Shown piece by piece: positions 49,384 through 62,800 of a DNA stretch of 64,000 nucleotides. The notes beneath the pieces were generated by a model. That model was not told the origin of the DNA and ran no database searches. It saw nothing but the letters and a program-made list of their open reading frames with translations. The position numbers and the translations under genes were made by a program. Location: the NCBI GenBank assembly GCA_053919585.1, contig CM132790.1. One strand, written 5' to 3'. Numbering within the stretch: the stretch's first letter is position 1; the number at the start of each line of letters is the position of its first letter. This DNA is from Euprymna scolopes. Taxonomy: Eukaryota.

Positions 49384-51425
49384 TGTGTGAAAAAAAAAAT
49401 TAATTTTTTTCCCTAAAAATTCAATGACTGGTCAGTCAAGAAAAGGAAGCAATGTGCACCTACCTTAAGTTGTGGAAGAATTGCCCCCTTCTGCGATGTG
49501 AGAGTCAGTTAACAAGTATCTTGCCAGCAAAGCTGAGGTAATCAAGAAGTAGCTTCCCGGCAACGCATTAAAAAAAACCTCAACTCTACAGGAGAAAAAT
49601 CTCCTTTTAAATAACAGTCATGTGATTACTGTCACCTGACCTAGGGAAAAAAAACTTTAAAACAGCTAAGAAGGCAATGCTATCTCTTTGTAAGCAAAGT
49701 AAATGCACACTGCTCTCCCTCTCTTTGAGCAATCATTAACCTTTTCTTTTACTTTTTTATTTTTCACACATTCCCCAGGAAACAAAAAAAAAAAAATGAA
49801 GGAAAATAAAAATATAAAAGTATACACTTACTCAAGGAAGTTAACATTTTTTTCCCCCTCATTTTTCAGTTAGGAGGCTAGGTCTACCTCACAACCATCT
49901 TCGTAGTGTACAACTCGGACAATATCACTTCTGTTTGGCAGGAGGTAGACTCAATTCCCACACACCAGATGTGACACCAGTCGTCACATCCGTCATAATA
50001 AATCATGTCCTGGTCACCCTATAGAGAACCACATATAGGACAAAGCCAAATTACTTCTTCATTGGCAAGTGTTGATTGAAGGGGAATAGCATCAATCCCA
50101 TCCACAGGCCTTTCAACAGATGCAGGTATTGATCCATCTTGATTCTCTCCACTTAAGGATCATTCAAAAAGGAATATGTTTTTTAACGAGTGGACACGCA
50201 CTGTACCCCCCCTCTCTTTTATGCTTGCTGATCTGACTACCCCATCCTCTACACAAAACACCTCCAAAATGATCCCAAGAACAAAAACAACTTAGACTTA
50301 TGAGGATTCCTCATTAATACCACATCTCCAACATTTAATCTATTTTGGAAGGGCACTCTAGAATGCCCCTGGGGTTTCTCTGAGGCTTAACAGGTACTCA
50401 TCATACCATAAAGTGTGTAAATTCTCCAGGCATTATTCCCAGACCTGCATAGTCTTTCTCGACTGGGTGGGAGGCTGAAGGTAAAATCTTCATCGTTCAG
50501 ATCTGAAAGCAACCCAGGACTCTTATTAGACCGCAAAAATATGTTAGGAGTTACTGTTTCTAATTTGCTCTCAGCAGATTCTCGATAAGTCAGAGGGCAG
50601 TTATTGACAGCTCTTTGGATATCCTATATGATGGTAAGTAAAGAGAAATAATCCATTTCACCTCTACCAACCACCTTGTAAAGACAATTCTTGATTGTCT
50701 GGATACTCCTCTCCCAAATACCCCCAACCCAAGGTGAGTAAAGTAGAATGGGTCAGTACTTGATAGAACAGAAGCCAAACTTCTCTTCATCAACCGTTTA
50801 AACAACCGACCGCCTCTTAGGAAAGTTTTTGCATTATCACTGTAAATGGCAGATGGGATGCCATACAGGTTCGTAAACAGCACGAATACCTGCAGAAAGG
50901 ATAACACACACGTCAGATACTATTTCAATATGTATAGCTCTGACACTGAAACATGTGAAGATGAATAGGTACATTTTCACCTCCTTACCATCTTCCCTAA
51001 CTCCAAGGTGACCTATGAAATCCACTCACATATGGTTGAAGGGAACTTCCAATTCGACACAGGATGCGGTCAAGTTAGCTACATTGGAAAGCAAGACCTG
51101 TCTGGCATAGTATCTTTGGCACAGAACGCATGAAGCCAGGATTGTTTTTACTGCCCATTTGCTTTTGGCACCCAGTATCCACAACGTCTCAGTTCAGCTT
51201 AAGTGGACGCAATTCCTAAGTGCTGGCACCTAGCATGCACATCCATTATGATGAGCTTGGTAGTTGGGTGACGCTTTGCCAACAGAATTGGGTGTTTAAC
51301 CTCCATGCTAAAGTGGAAAAATCTACCAATTCTGCCACCGTACTTGATTAGACCTTCATCATCAATAAACAAGTCAAGGTCCTGCACCAACCTAGGTACA
51401 GTCTTGCCTGAGGAATCCAGCAAAA
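49384..51425 (-). mobile_element. BEL/Pao copy 6 (same family as copy 5): integrase, PHD finger and 3' LTR only
   Basis: LTR 49384-49846 homologous to 41981-42447; PPT GAGGGGGAAAAAAA; PHD 49910-50048 (WLCPICG...DGCDDWCHIWCVG...YCPSC). Confidence 0.88.
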
Positions 51426-51469
51426 AATGCTAAACACAAACACTGATTTCATCAACAAGCACGGAAACC

Positions 51470-53870
51470 CTGGCTCATGTACCACCAGATAGAGCTATCC
51501 TGTGCAGGACAAGTGTAGCTGCCTTGTTCCTTAACTTGCAAAGGAGGAGTTCTAATGCCAGGACGTAAAGCAGAGGTAACAGCAGACAGTCCTGATGCAC
51601 CGATTGAGAGACGGCGAACGACTCCAACAACTTACCGTTGATCTGCACCGCTACTGTTGGCCTGTAGTACAGAACAAAGACCCACTTGCTGAAGTCCGAA
51701 TTAAAACTGGCGGCCTCTAAAACAGATTCCAGGAATTGATGGTCGACTCTATCGAAAGCATTGGACTGATCTAAACTGATCAGCGCGGCTTCGGTGTCAT
51801 CATCTATTCCCTTTATGACTGTGCGGATCAAATGTAGATTGTTTTGAATCGACCTCCTCTTAACAGAATAGCTCGGTCTGATCAAGTACGTGATGGCAAC
51901 CTGCAAGCGATTCGCAAGAACTTTTGCCAAAATCTTTAACTCTGTGTTTAGCAGAGTCAAATACCTAAAATCATCTAGATTTTACTCCCCACCATGCCGT
52001 TGACCTTTCCTCAGCAATGTGATCACTTTGTTGATCACCTGTCCAGAGATGGAACTCTGAGCAAACCAATGGTTGAACACATCCTTCAGAATGGGGACCA
52101 ACATGGGCGATAGCCTTATGTAGAATTTGTAGGGAAGACCATCAAGCTCCAGTGACCTGTTGTAGCCGCTCGAGCTGCCATGTGATGGGGCGAGTCGGCC
52201 AAATAACTGCCAAACTCCTGAGTTTGGGTAGTTGGGCGAAGTTGTTCCCGAAATTCCTCACAGATCTCCCTCGTCGATACAAGGGTGTGTCCTTCCAGGT
52301 TATTCATATTCCAAATGTACCCGTGCAAACCATGACGTAGAGCAGCCTTCTGCTCAACAGTGTCAACATTCACAACTTCGTTAGAAACTTTCATTAATCC
52401 AGCCCTAACTACTTGACTTTCATACTACTCACTAGCTAAGTGGTTGAGGTCTTTAGCTAGTGCTATTTCTAGGGGTCCCCTCCATCCTGCCACCACCCAG
52501 ATCAGCCTATCCTCTATATGCTTCTTTGCCTTAGCCCTATCTTTAGCTAGGCATTGGCTATACTGGACACAGAAGCATCTAATCTTAATGCTAACCCACC
52601 ACTTACTCCCCGTTACCGCCCCTACTAGTACCTGCTGAATTAGTTCTGTAGCCTTCTGCCAGAAGTCTTCTAGCTCCAACAGGGAACCATTAAACTTCCA
52701 GTAATGGCTAGTTTAGGCCTAGCGCTTAAGTTTAACTGGGCAATAAACAATTTATGGTCCGAGTATCCTAAACAGTGGAACGTGGGGCAAAATAGAAAGT
52801 CTACATGGCCTCTCCTAATTAACACCTGATCCAAGTAAATAAGACATGTAGTATCATTCACATGATTTGGCAGAGTAACGGGAATTTTATCGTCACGTTC
52901 AACGAATTTTATCCCGTTGCACGAGACTAAGTGTTCTAAAGAAATTTAATCACATCAAAAAAAAAGGTCAAGGTAAACCGGTATAAATTTTATCAGAAAG
53001 AAAAATAGGAAAGGAAGGAAATGTATAGTCTGGCTGGGCTGCCAAATCAGATAAAAGAACACTTATAACAAATATACTTTTTACTTGCTTGTTTTTTTTT
53101 TTTGGCATATCAAAGTTCGCAAAACCACTCTGGTGCTTTAGTTCGATGGTCGCAACACCGTTCTGATGTAAAGCAGAGGCTGCAAAACTACTCTGTCGTA
53201 ATTCCAAGGTTGCACACCGCTCTGGCGTTTTCAAAAGTCTAACACCGTTCTGGCGTTTTCCTTTTCTTCTGCCAGTCTGTTGTGTTTATTTTTCTTCCTT
53301 TTATCGAATATCGCGAGATACAGCCAGAAGTAGTAGCACCAGATTCACCGAGAGAGGGGGAGAAAAAAAGGGGAGAAAGAGAGAAGAAAATACACCAAGG
53401 GGGGAAAGGAAGGGGAGGTAAATAAATAAAAATAAAAGTTCTACACAAGGATGGCATTCTAATCACCCATTAATACCAATCTCTCCAGATCCTTGAGAAA
53501 CACCTCCAACTGCTGAAAAAAGGAAACCCTCTCTACCGCAGAATTGGGCGCATAAACCACGACAATACGAAATGCACTGCTATCAAAGGCAACATCGACA
53601 GCGATCACCTGCCCATCCCCGTCTGCATGAACAACATTCACCAACGCTAACAGTATGATTCACTAGCAAGGAGATTCCATGACTATAGGTATTGCTATAG
53701 GCTGAGTAAACATCAGTCATTTACCAGCACCTGACAATCCCCGTCTGAAACAAAGTGGGTCTTCTGAATAGTGGCAATATCTACCTTGAGGGACACCAGA
53801 TCTCTCAGTACGTGTGCAGCTTTGCTTCGACATCTCATGCTCTTCACATTGAAACTAGCCAGGTTCAAAG
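51470..53870 (-). mobile_element. Tx1/L1-clade LINE ORF2 remnant (APE endonuclease to RT) with an unrelated insert at ~52865-53460
   Basis: VYAPN, LMGD, YSDHK, LLNTELKILAKVLANRL, LDQSNAFDRVDH. Confidence 0.85.
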
Positions 53871-55069
53871 ACATGATCATTTACCTTACGCAGTGTCACA
53901 CACGAAACTGAAATCCTTGTGGGTGGGTGAGGAGACAGAAAGCCTGACTGAGGCTTCCCGAGAGAAGTTTGAATGTAAGTTGTCCGTCTTGTGTTGCACC
54001 TACTATGTTCAGTCCGGGAGAGTTAACACTTCCAGGCTATTTCATGGAGCTGCCGTTTACTAGGGAGAAACGGTTGATGTTTCTCGTGATACTAGCAGTA
54101 GCTAGATTAGTGACATGAGTTATGCGTCTAGGCATTGTTCATGGGGTTGGATCTATTTCAGATCGAGATCTGGTCGCTTACTTTAAGCTGATAATTAAAG
54201 TAAAGATCAGATGTGATTGGAAAAGATGACATCGCATGGACTTTGATAGACGGGTGCACAACACTCGCTTGTGCATCCGACGAGGCGCTGGGTTTGAGTT
54301 TGTTTTCCCGCCCTAGTGTATTGGTCAGGCTGTGCTAAGTTCTGCGGAACCCAGCCCCAATCAAAAAATAGGTTTAGTTAGGAGGTAACCACTTTGAGTG
54401 AAAAAAAACTTTATTAGGTGAGTATTAAAGTCTATCATGTCCCTGTCTTTATTTTTTCATCAGCATTAGGATAGCTTCCAAAGATACCCATTTGTTTTGT
54501 CCCAGGTCTGTTTGCCTTTGCATGCGTGATTATCTTGGAAGACGCCATTCATTCCCTATGTTCCCATCCCAATCAATCAAATTTGTATTTGAATGATCAC
54601 CCCTAGGTCTCCCACTCCCCATTAGAGAATGACCTACTTGTTTTCGACTTTGGTTGAAAAACAGTGGGCATTCCATACTTAGAATTAGGTTGGGAGGGCC
54701 TTACATAGGAATTTTATTTAGTTGCTTTTCTTTTTCTTTCTTTTTGGGTGTATTTTAACTTCCCCCTCCCATCATTTCACCCCTTTTTTATTTTTCTTAG
54801 TTTTTTTTTGGGGGGGGGGATGCTTTCAGTTTGTAAATACAATTATTTTTTTTACTGTAAATACATGCTTTTTCTTTTTTTCTTACAGAATTGTACATAA
54901 ATCGAACTCATAAGCTGGGGATATTTTAAGTAGGTAAATGCTATGGAAAGAATGAGGTATTATGGTGATAGTGCTTAGTTTAAGGCCAACAAATAAAGTT
55001 TTTGACTAGCAATGTAGTTAGATGATTCTCGAGTCCCACTTTACCCCCACCCCCTACTTGGCCTTGTGC

Positions 55070-56400
55070 CTAAGTGTCTTGGACCCCAAATAAGGCTCTA
55101 TTAGTAGATAATACCAGATCCTGGCACTCCACATCGCCAGGAGGAGTTACGCAATGTGGAAGCTTGTTACTCCCCTCCAAAGAAGAAGCCAAAACAATGA
55201 CCAACAAAGAGTTGAAGTCGAAGAACATTCTGCTCAAGCCAGAGTACCTAGGCAGGAGAACGGTGACAGTGTCTGTCTTAAATGGACCATGCTATTTTGG
55301 CCCAGAACAACTAGGGGTAGTGCTAAGCTAGTGTGGAGAAGTCAAATTAGTTTTTCCACTACGCGTTCCATGTAACCTCCATTTGTGGAACCTCAAGGTC
55401 ATCATCCGTATGGACTGGGCTGGATTCAACGCCATCCCAGCTCTATTAAAATTCGAGAATTGGACATTGTCTACAATAGTATAAGGAAGGAGACCTCATT
55501 GATGGCAGTGTCAGCAGCAGAGTCACATGTCGAAAGACTGTCCAAAAAGACCCTCGGCAAAAACCCTACTGCTGCTAAAAAAAAAAAAAAAAAAGCCAGC
55601 TGACCCAGCAACAATGACTCATGCTGCTCTTGGAACTGAAACTGGTTATAGTACAGTTGCCAAAAGGAGCAAAAACAAAAATAACCCCCAAATCAACCCT
55701 GGGTCACAGTGGAGCCTCTGTCTCCCAGTAAGCCAGCAAAGACCACACTAATCAAATCAGCAACAATAGCACCTCATTCCACTAAAAATCCTTGCGACGA
55801 GGTGAAACCAAACACTGCTGTAAGCACAGCAGTCAAATGCAAACTGTTCATCTCCCCACCTGAATCTTAAGAGGAGCCTACAGTAAAGAAAGATCTCCAC
55901 AAGCAACAAGGAGAAAAAGTGGAGGGAAACCAACAAAAGGATCAGGGAAACTATTCCCAACTCCTAACATCATCGCGCATCCTGTGGAGTGTTAGCACAC
56001 AACAACTCCAGCTCCAACCGAAACCTCAGCTATGCAACCTGCTCCTCCCCCTCCTAAAGAGTCCTCTCGTGTTCCATCCAGTGAAAGGACATCTGAACCA
56101 GTCCAAGAACTAAAACAGAAACGTCCTCCACTTTGAACAGAATGGACAAAGAGACTGCCATTCTTGCCAGGTGACAGGATTTATGAAATAGACCCTCTGC
56201 ATACCGCCAACAATTTGAAAGGTAAGCAGAGGGCACTACACCTTAAGCTCATGAAATTCCGGGAAATCTAAAGGTAAAAAGTGTCAGTAAGTAAGAAACT
56301 TCCCAGATGCACCCATGATGCCGACCTTCCTCAGAGCTGATTGGGACAACAGAACTAAGGCCCTGTGAAACATGATTGAGGAGGCAAAAGAGGCTTTCAA
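55070..56400 (+). mobile_element. Tx1/L1-clade ORF1 remnant, plus strand
   Basis: KPEYLGRRTVTVSVL and a decayed knuckle CQQQSHMSKDCP, homologous to ORF 63161-63592. Confidence 0.7.
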
Positions 56401-56479
56401 CTTCAAGATCGTTGACGAAGATCACCCATCACTCAAAACGATCAGCACCAAAACTGGACATGAGACGGGCAACTTACAT

Positions 56480-57655
56480 CCAAACTTCTCTTTCCGCTAG
56501 GTAGAGCAAGGTCGCACAGGACTAGTTCGGCCGCCTTGTCCCTTAACTTGTGAAGGAAGAGTTCTAACGCCAGGACATAAAGCAGAGGCGATAGCGGACA
56601 ACCTTGTCGCACCAACTGAAAGACCTCAAATGACCCTGAGAGCCAATCGTTTGCGTGCACCACTACCGCAGGATTACAATATAAAATGGAGATCCACTTG
56701 CGGAAGTCTGGACCAAAACCGGCAGTCTCTATAATAGATTCCAAGACGCTATCAGAAGCTTTGGACTGATCCAAATTGATCAGTGCGGCTTCTGCATCAT
56801 CTTCTAAAATCGTGTACACCAAGTGCAAGTTGTTTTGAATCAATTGACCCATCACAGCATAGTGCTGATCCGCTTTGATCAAGTTGCTGATTACAACCTG
56901 CAGTCGGTTTGCAAGAACACAGGAAAAAAATCTTCAACTGTGTTTAGCAGAGTGATGGGCCTATAGACATCTAAGTCCTCTCCACCATACCGATCTCTTT
57001 TCTTCAGTATTGTGACCACTCCCTTTTAACTGGCTAGCCTGCAACATTTCATAGGGCAGACTATTGAGCTCTGGAGATTTTTTATAGCCGACCTGCTTCA
57101 ATGCAATAATGGCCTCATGCTCCCTAACCATCCCATCACAGCTTAAGCAGTAAGGCATGAAAAGCCAGCTAAATAGCTGCCAAACTCCTGGCTGCAGAGT
57201 CTGGATAGTTAGGTGAAGTGTTCCTCCAAATGCTCTCAAAACTCTTTGCAAATCTCTTGAGTCAATGCAAGAGTATGTCCTTCAAGGTTCTTCAGCCGCA
57301 GTGTAAGACAACCTTACGCTCCACAGCATCAATATTAACAGCTTCGTTAGACTCTGTTTAACCTAGCCCTAAATATTTGACCTTCATATCACTAACTAGC
57401 CAAGTGATTGAGGTCACCCTTAACCAACGCTATCTCTAGGGGATCCTCCTCAGCCACTGCCAGGTTAGCCTATCTTCTATGTGCTTTTTTGTCTGAGCCC
57501 TAGTTAAGGCGAGGCTCTGACTATATTGGACACAAAAATACCTAATTGTGGTCTTAAATTTAACCCACTAGCTACTCCTGATAACCGGCCCCAATAACTC
57601 CCGCTGAATTAGTGTCATCAGCTGGTCCTGGAAGTCGGCTATCTCCAGCAAGGAG
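56480..57655 (-). mobile_element. Tx1/L1-clade LINE ORF2 remnant
   Basis: INLDQSKA, VRQGCPLSPLLYVLALE; homologous to 60400-61420. Confidence 0.85.
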
Positions 57656-57939
57656 GTTTCACATGGTATGAACCAAGTTGTCAATCAAACCTTTATATTT
57701 AATTCAAATCAAACAAAGTATCAGGTGTAACTTTTTGCTTTTTATGAAGGGAGCAGTTTTTGTTATTTAAATAAAAGGTTTAAAATTATAATGCTTTGAA
57801 AACTAATAAATTATTCTTATATTTTTAGAAGGCTAGAACAATGCAGGAATGTACAGTTATGAGAAGATAAATATATGAATAATTCGATATTTTTTTCTTT
57901 TTATTTATTATATATATATATATATATATATATATTTTA

Positions 57940-58890
57940 ATATATATTTATTCATTTATCTACCTGAATTTTAACTGTGTGTGATATTTAATTCCAAAGG
58001 TCCTTTCGGGTAATAACCCATCATCAGTGGAGAAATGAATCCTCTTTCTAGTATATAAATTGCAAAATGGTTTTCATTTAGATTTAAATCCAAACGCTCA
58101 AAGATTAATTAATGCCGTTAAATGTTCAGAGGAAATAATTCTATACATTTTAAGATCAAGAGACGTAATTCAAATTCTGCTTAATATGGTTATAACTGGC
58201 GTTGTTGTTTAAATGTTTTTGAAAAATTTTTTCCTTTTTTTTTGTATTTTAAATTCAAACGATCAAAGATTAATTCATTCAGTTATGCTCAAGGGAGGTA
58301 ATTCATTTTTACTTGTCTGCAGGCTTTCTGATCCAGGGAAGTAATTCATATTCTATTATATGCTTATAAACTCATTGTTTAAATTATTTTTTGCAAGATT
58401 TTAATTCAAGATTTTGTTTGATACGGTTATAACTAACTGCTGCTGTTTAAAAGTTTTTGTAAGATATTTATAAGATATCTAGAGCTTCAATAATTATATA
58501 AACGGTTAATGGAGGTGGCTTTCTTTTTTAAAAACTTATATGTAGATATATGATCAAAGGAATTTTGTATAGATACGGTTAATCTAAGAGAAATTATATC
58601 TATTTCTTCATTCGTTAATTTGTTTAGATTATGTAGTTATTAAAGTGAGTATTAAAAAAAAAAATTTTTTTGCTGTATGAGTTATGACTGAGACCGTATA
58701 TGGAAAATATTAATGTCTTTATTAGAAATATGTTAGATTTTTCTGTTTTACTATTAATTTTTGGTTTTAACTTTTCAATCAGTATTGATTCTTTTAATCT
58801 GAGGTTTCCCTGATTCCTATCATTTGCTAAAATTTTCACGTTAATGTTTTTATCTGGATTATGTTCTAGAGAGGCATGTTTGAAGAATGA
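57940..58890 (-). mobile_element. Penelope-like 3' remnant (GIY-YIG C-terminus plus 3' region)
   Basis: FKH...VKILAND....LRLKESILIEKLKPKIN in ORF 58624-58911; hammerhead ~600 bp downstream; (TA)n at 57908-57935. Confidence 0.72.
57993..58031 (-). ncRNA. Minimal type I hammerhead ribozyme (Penelope-associated)
   Basis: Minus strand TCCA CTGATGA T GGGT-TATT-ACCC GAAA GGACC TT TGGA: conserved core, stem II, short stem III, stem I TCCA/TGGA. Confidence 0.8.
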
Positions 58891-59879
58891 CAATGTTTTA
58901 TAAAAAAACAAAAACCTTTCTCCAAACTGTTAGGATGCTTAAATAAAAGATGCTTTAAAATAAGCACATCACCATCAAAAAATTCCTGGGACAGATGTAG
59001 GTAACAGACATACAAAAAATAGTGTACATCCATCACAGCAATTTTCCTAAACTGAAAGTTTCCAGGTACAAATTTTTATCCAGTTTGCTTACCCACAGTA
59101 TGCTTATTTAAAATCCAGAAAAAAACTTCAGTATTCCTATACGAGGTAAAGTAGGAAAACGTTTTGCTACCTTTTTGTGACGGACGTACAAAGACAAAAA
59201 ATCCTAGCCTTCGAGATTATAAAAAGCTAAATATTTTGGGACAATTTTCATATTGAAAACCACTTTTCCTATCTGTTACCAGTGACCTTTTTCCATAGTT
59301 ATCAAAAATAAAGGATGATGCCTTTGAACTAATTTTTAAAATATACCCAGCAAAACTTTTTTTTATGCTAATGACAAAACCCTCTTTTTCACAGGCAAAA
59401 TGTCAGTCCAAATTTAGTTTATCAAGTTTTAATATGCAAAACTAAACTCCTGAATGTCTCAGCTTTCTAGTAATACCAAATATTTGATACTTTGAAGAAA
59501 AATTAATTTCCACATTGTGGTTGACATTTTCATGGAATTGCCCCCAAATCAATTTTTTTTTTATTATTAAAAATTTATATAAATAAATATTATATAAATA
59601 AATAAAGCATATAAAAATCATAGTCAAGTTAAAATTATCTAAAAAAACGTTCGATTGTTTAATCCATTGGCGTGGGGTAGGGAAAAAAGTCCAAAAGATA
59701 AACTAAAAAATTGTTAGTAGGATCCTCCCAACCCTCTCAAGGTGGTTGACCGCCCATGTTTTCTGGCTTGATAGGGCTGATAAAAAGCAGGTCAATCTCT
59801 AAATAGGGCTGAATTCTAGCTGAGGTCAAAGAAAAATTGCGATAGGAGAGAAATGGTGAAGTTGCTCCAAGATGCGATA

Positions 59880-62800
59880 ACTTATTGGGGAGGCCGGGGA
59901 CAAAAAAAGAAAAAATTGGGGTGTGGGCATCTTGGACGTTTCCTATTGAGATGGAGGTGGCCATTCACTCAGCTAGCTAGGAGCCTAATCTAAGCAGTTA
60001 TATTAGGAGTCTGGAGTCTGGCATGCTCAGGCAGGGAACACTAACTCCAACTTGGCACCTCTATGCACGCACAGTCTTGCTATTTTTATCCATCTTCGAT
60101 CACAGGTCGCAGGATGTAATCTTTCCCTATCACATCTCATCTTTACTTTCAGCTGGTGCTTGAAAAAGGGAATCAGATCCTGATCAGCAAAAGATTCAAC
60201 TCCGTGCTTCCTCTTGACGTCTTGATGTCTATATCACCATTCGGGATACGGCCAGGATCGCAAGTAATGCCATTCGTCTCTCTCGTTTTCTTGTACCGCT
60301 ACCGCAGGAGTACGATACAGAACAGAGATCCATTTGTTAAAGTCCGGACTAAAGCCAGCAGTCTCCATAACAGATTCCAATAAACCATGGTTGACCCTAT
60401 CGAACGTTTTGAACTGATCTAAATTGATCAGCGCGGCTCCTGTGTCGTCGTCTTATCCCTCTATGATCGTGCGCACCAAGTGCAAGTTGTTTTAATCAAT
60501 TGACCATTCACAGCACAAGTTTGATTCGGCTCGACCAAGTCGCCGATAACAACCTGTAGTTGGTTTGCAAGAACACGGGACAAAATCTTCAACTTTGTGT
60601 TTAGCAGAGTGATGGGCCTATAATTATCTAAGTTCTCCCTACCATGTCGCTCTCTTTTCTTCAGTAGTGTGACCACTCCTTTGGTAACCTTCCCAGGGAT
60701 GGATCCCTGAGCAAATCAGTGGTTAAACACACCCATCAGAAGAGGAACAAACATGGACAACAGCCTCAAAACATGTTCGTAGGGCAGACCATCGAGCCCC
60801 CAAGATTTTTTATGGCCAACTTGCTTTAACGCAGTAATGGCCTCATGCTCCGTAACCATCCCATCACAGCTAACTGCTCGAGCTGCAATAAGGTGGGGCG
60901 AGCTGGCTAAATAGCTGCCAAACTCTTGGTCGCGGAGTCTGGGTAGTTGGGTAAAGTGCTCCTCCAAATGTTCCTGTAACCCATTGAAAATTTCTTGGGT
61001 CGATGCAAGAGTGCGTCCTTCCAGATTTTTCACTTTCCAAATGTACCCATCCGAGCCATGTCTTAAGGCTGCCTTACGTTCAACAGCGTCAATGTTCACG
61101 GCTCCATTAGAAACACTTTTTAACATAGCTCTAACTACTTGACCTTCGTAACGATCGCTAGCCAAGCGCTGGAGGTCCCCCTTAACTATTGCTATCTCTA
61201 GAGGATCCCCACCAGCTACCGCCCGGGTCAGTCTATCATATAGGTGCTTTTTGGTCCGTGCCCTAGTTAACGCAAGGCGTTGGCTATATTGGACACAAAA
61301 GAGCCTAATGGTAGCCTTAAGTTTAACCCACCAGCTACTCCCGGTAACTGCCCCCACTAACTCCCACTTAATTAGTGTTGTCAGCTGTTCCCGGAAGTCG
61401 TTCATCTCCAGTAAGGAGGCATTCAACTTCCAGTAGCCAGCCAACCTAGGCCTATTACCTACTCTCAAATGGGCCATTACTAATTTATGGTCCGAATGAC
61501 CTAGCCAGTGGAACGTGGGACAAGATAAGAAATCTATATCGCCTCTTCTAACTAACATCCTGTCCAAGTAAGTATTTGGACCGGAGGCCACGCTATTTTG
61601 CCACGGCCACATCTCCCTCCCCGGGTGATCCAGACAGAACCTGTCGACAAGATCGCACGAGGCCATCAGGTCAGACAGGCTGCTTTCACACCTCTCCGAC
61701 GCTCTATTCCTCCCGACCTTATCTATCTTGGGGTCCAGGATGGCATTCCGGTCCCCCATTAAAACTACCCGCTCCGGACCCGCTGAAAGGAACACCCCCA
61801 CCTGCCGAAAAAAGGAAACCCTCTCTGCAGCGATATTGGGCACGTAAGCAGCCAAAATCCGGAACTTACCGCTTTTAACGGCAACATCGACCATGACCAG
61901 CCTTCCATGAGCGCACGCGTGGACCACAATAACCGTTGCACCTAGGGTGCGACTCACTAGCACAGAAACCCCACGGCTATAAGAATTGCCATATGCTGAG
62001 TAAACGTCAAAGTCATCTACCAGCACACCGTAATCCCCGGGCCCAACAAAGTGGGTCTCCTGCAAAGTAGCTATGTCTACCTCAAGGGCCACGAGATCCC
62101 TCAGCACGCGAGCAGCCTTGCTTTGGGATCTCATGCCCCTCGCATTACACTAGCTAGGTTCAAGTTCATTGTGTCCCTAACTAGTAATATTCCTCTATCA
62201 CGGGTCCAAAATCCTTGGGGCTGAGGACCTCGAACGTCTGACCGAGACTGCCAGTCAACAGCTCCGCTGCAGGCTGACAATCCCGCGCCAGACCTCCTAC
62301 GTCCAGGGGAAATGTTATCTTTAAAGCTCTATCTATATTCGCATTTTGTCATAATCTGTTTTAGAGAGGGATGCTCTTCTTCCACTATTTTCAGCCCTGG
62401 AATTGCTCCCCCCCCCCCCAATCATTTTCCACGGTGCTTTGAATCGTGCGCCTTATTCTTTGCGAACGAAGGTGACACACAGTGGCGCCTCGGGAAGTTT
62501 CTGGGGTCTTGAATCCGCTTTCCATCTACATATAGCAGGTTCGTTAACTGTTTTAGCTGTTTCTTCTGCCTCCCATTCAACTCCGCCTGTACGACCGCCT
62601 CGTCCGCATCACAGATCCTCAACCCAGGCAGAAAGGGCAGCTTTCTTGTCTTTTCGGTCCTTGTTGATTTCGGAAGGGTTACTGCCTCCTCTTCTGGAAC
62701 AATTCTGCCCTCTGGGGCTTCTACCTCCTCCTCAACTTTCTCCTCCTGCAGGTTCTCCATTTCTATTACTACGGGGGTATGAAAGAGGGGAGGGGTATTC

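Noticed and set aside
53119-53260. CRISPR-like repeat-spacer array
   Set aside because: Repeats are short and degenerate, spacers ~15 nt, no cas genes, eukaryotic context.
54235-54445. hAT-like MITE (CATGGACTTTGATAGAC / GTCTATCATGTCCCTG)
   Set aside because: The inverted match is imperfect and there is no TSD.
55070-57655. Twin-priming 5' inversion of one Tx1 element
   Set aside because: The pieces converge rather than diverge; two insertions or a later inversion fit better.
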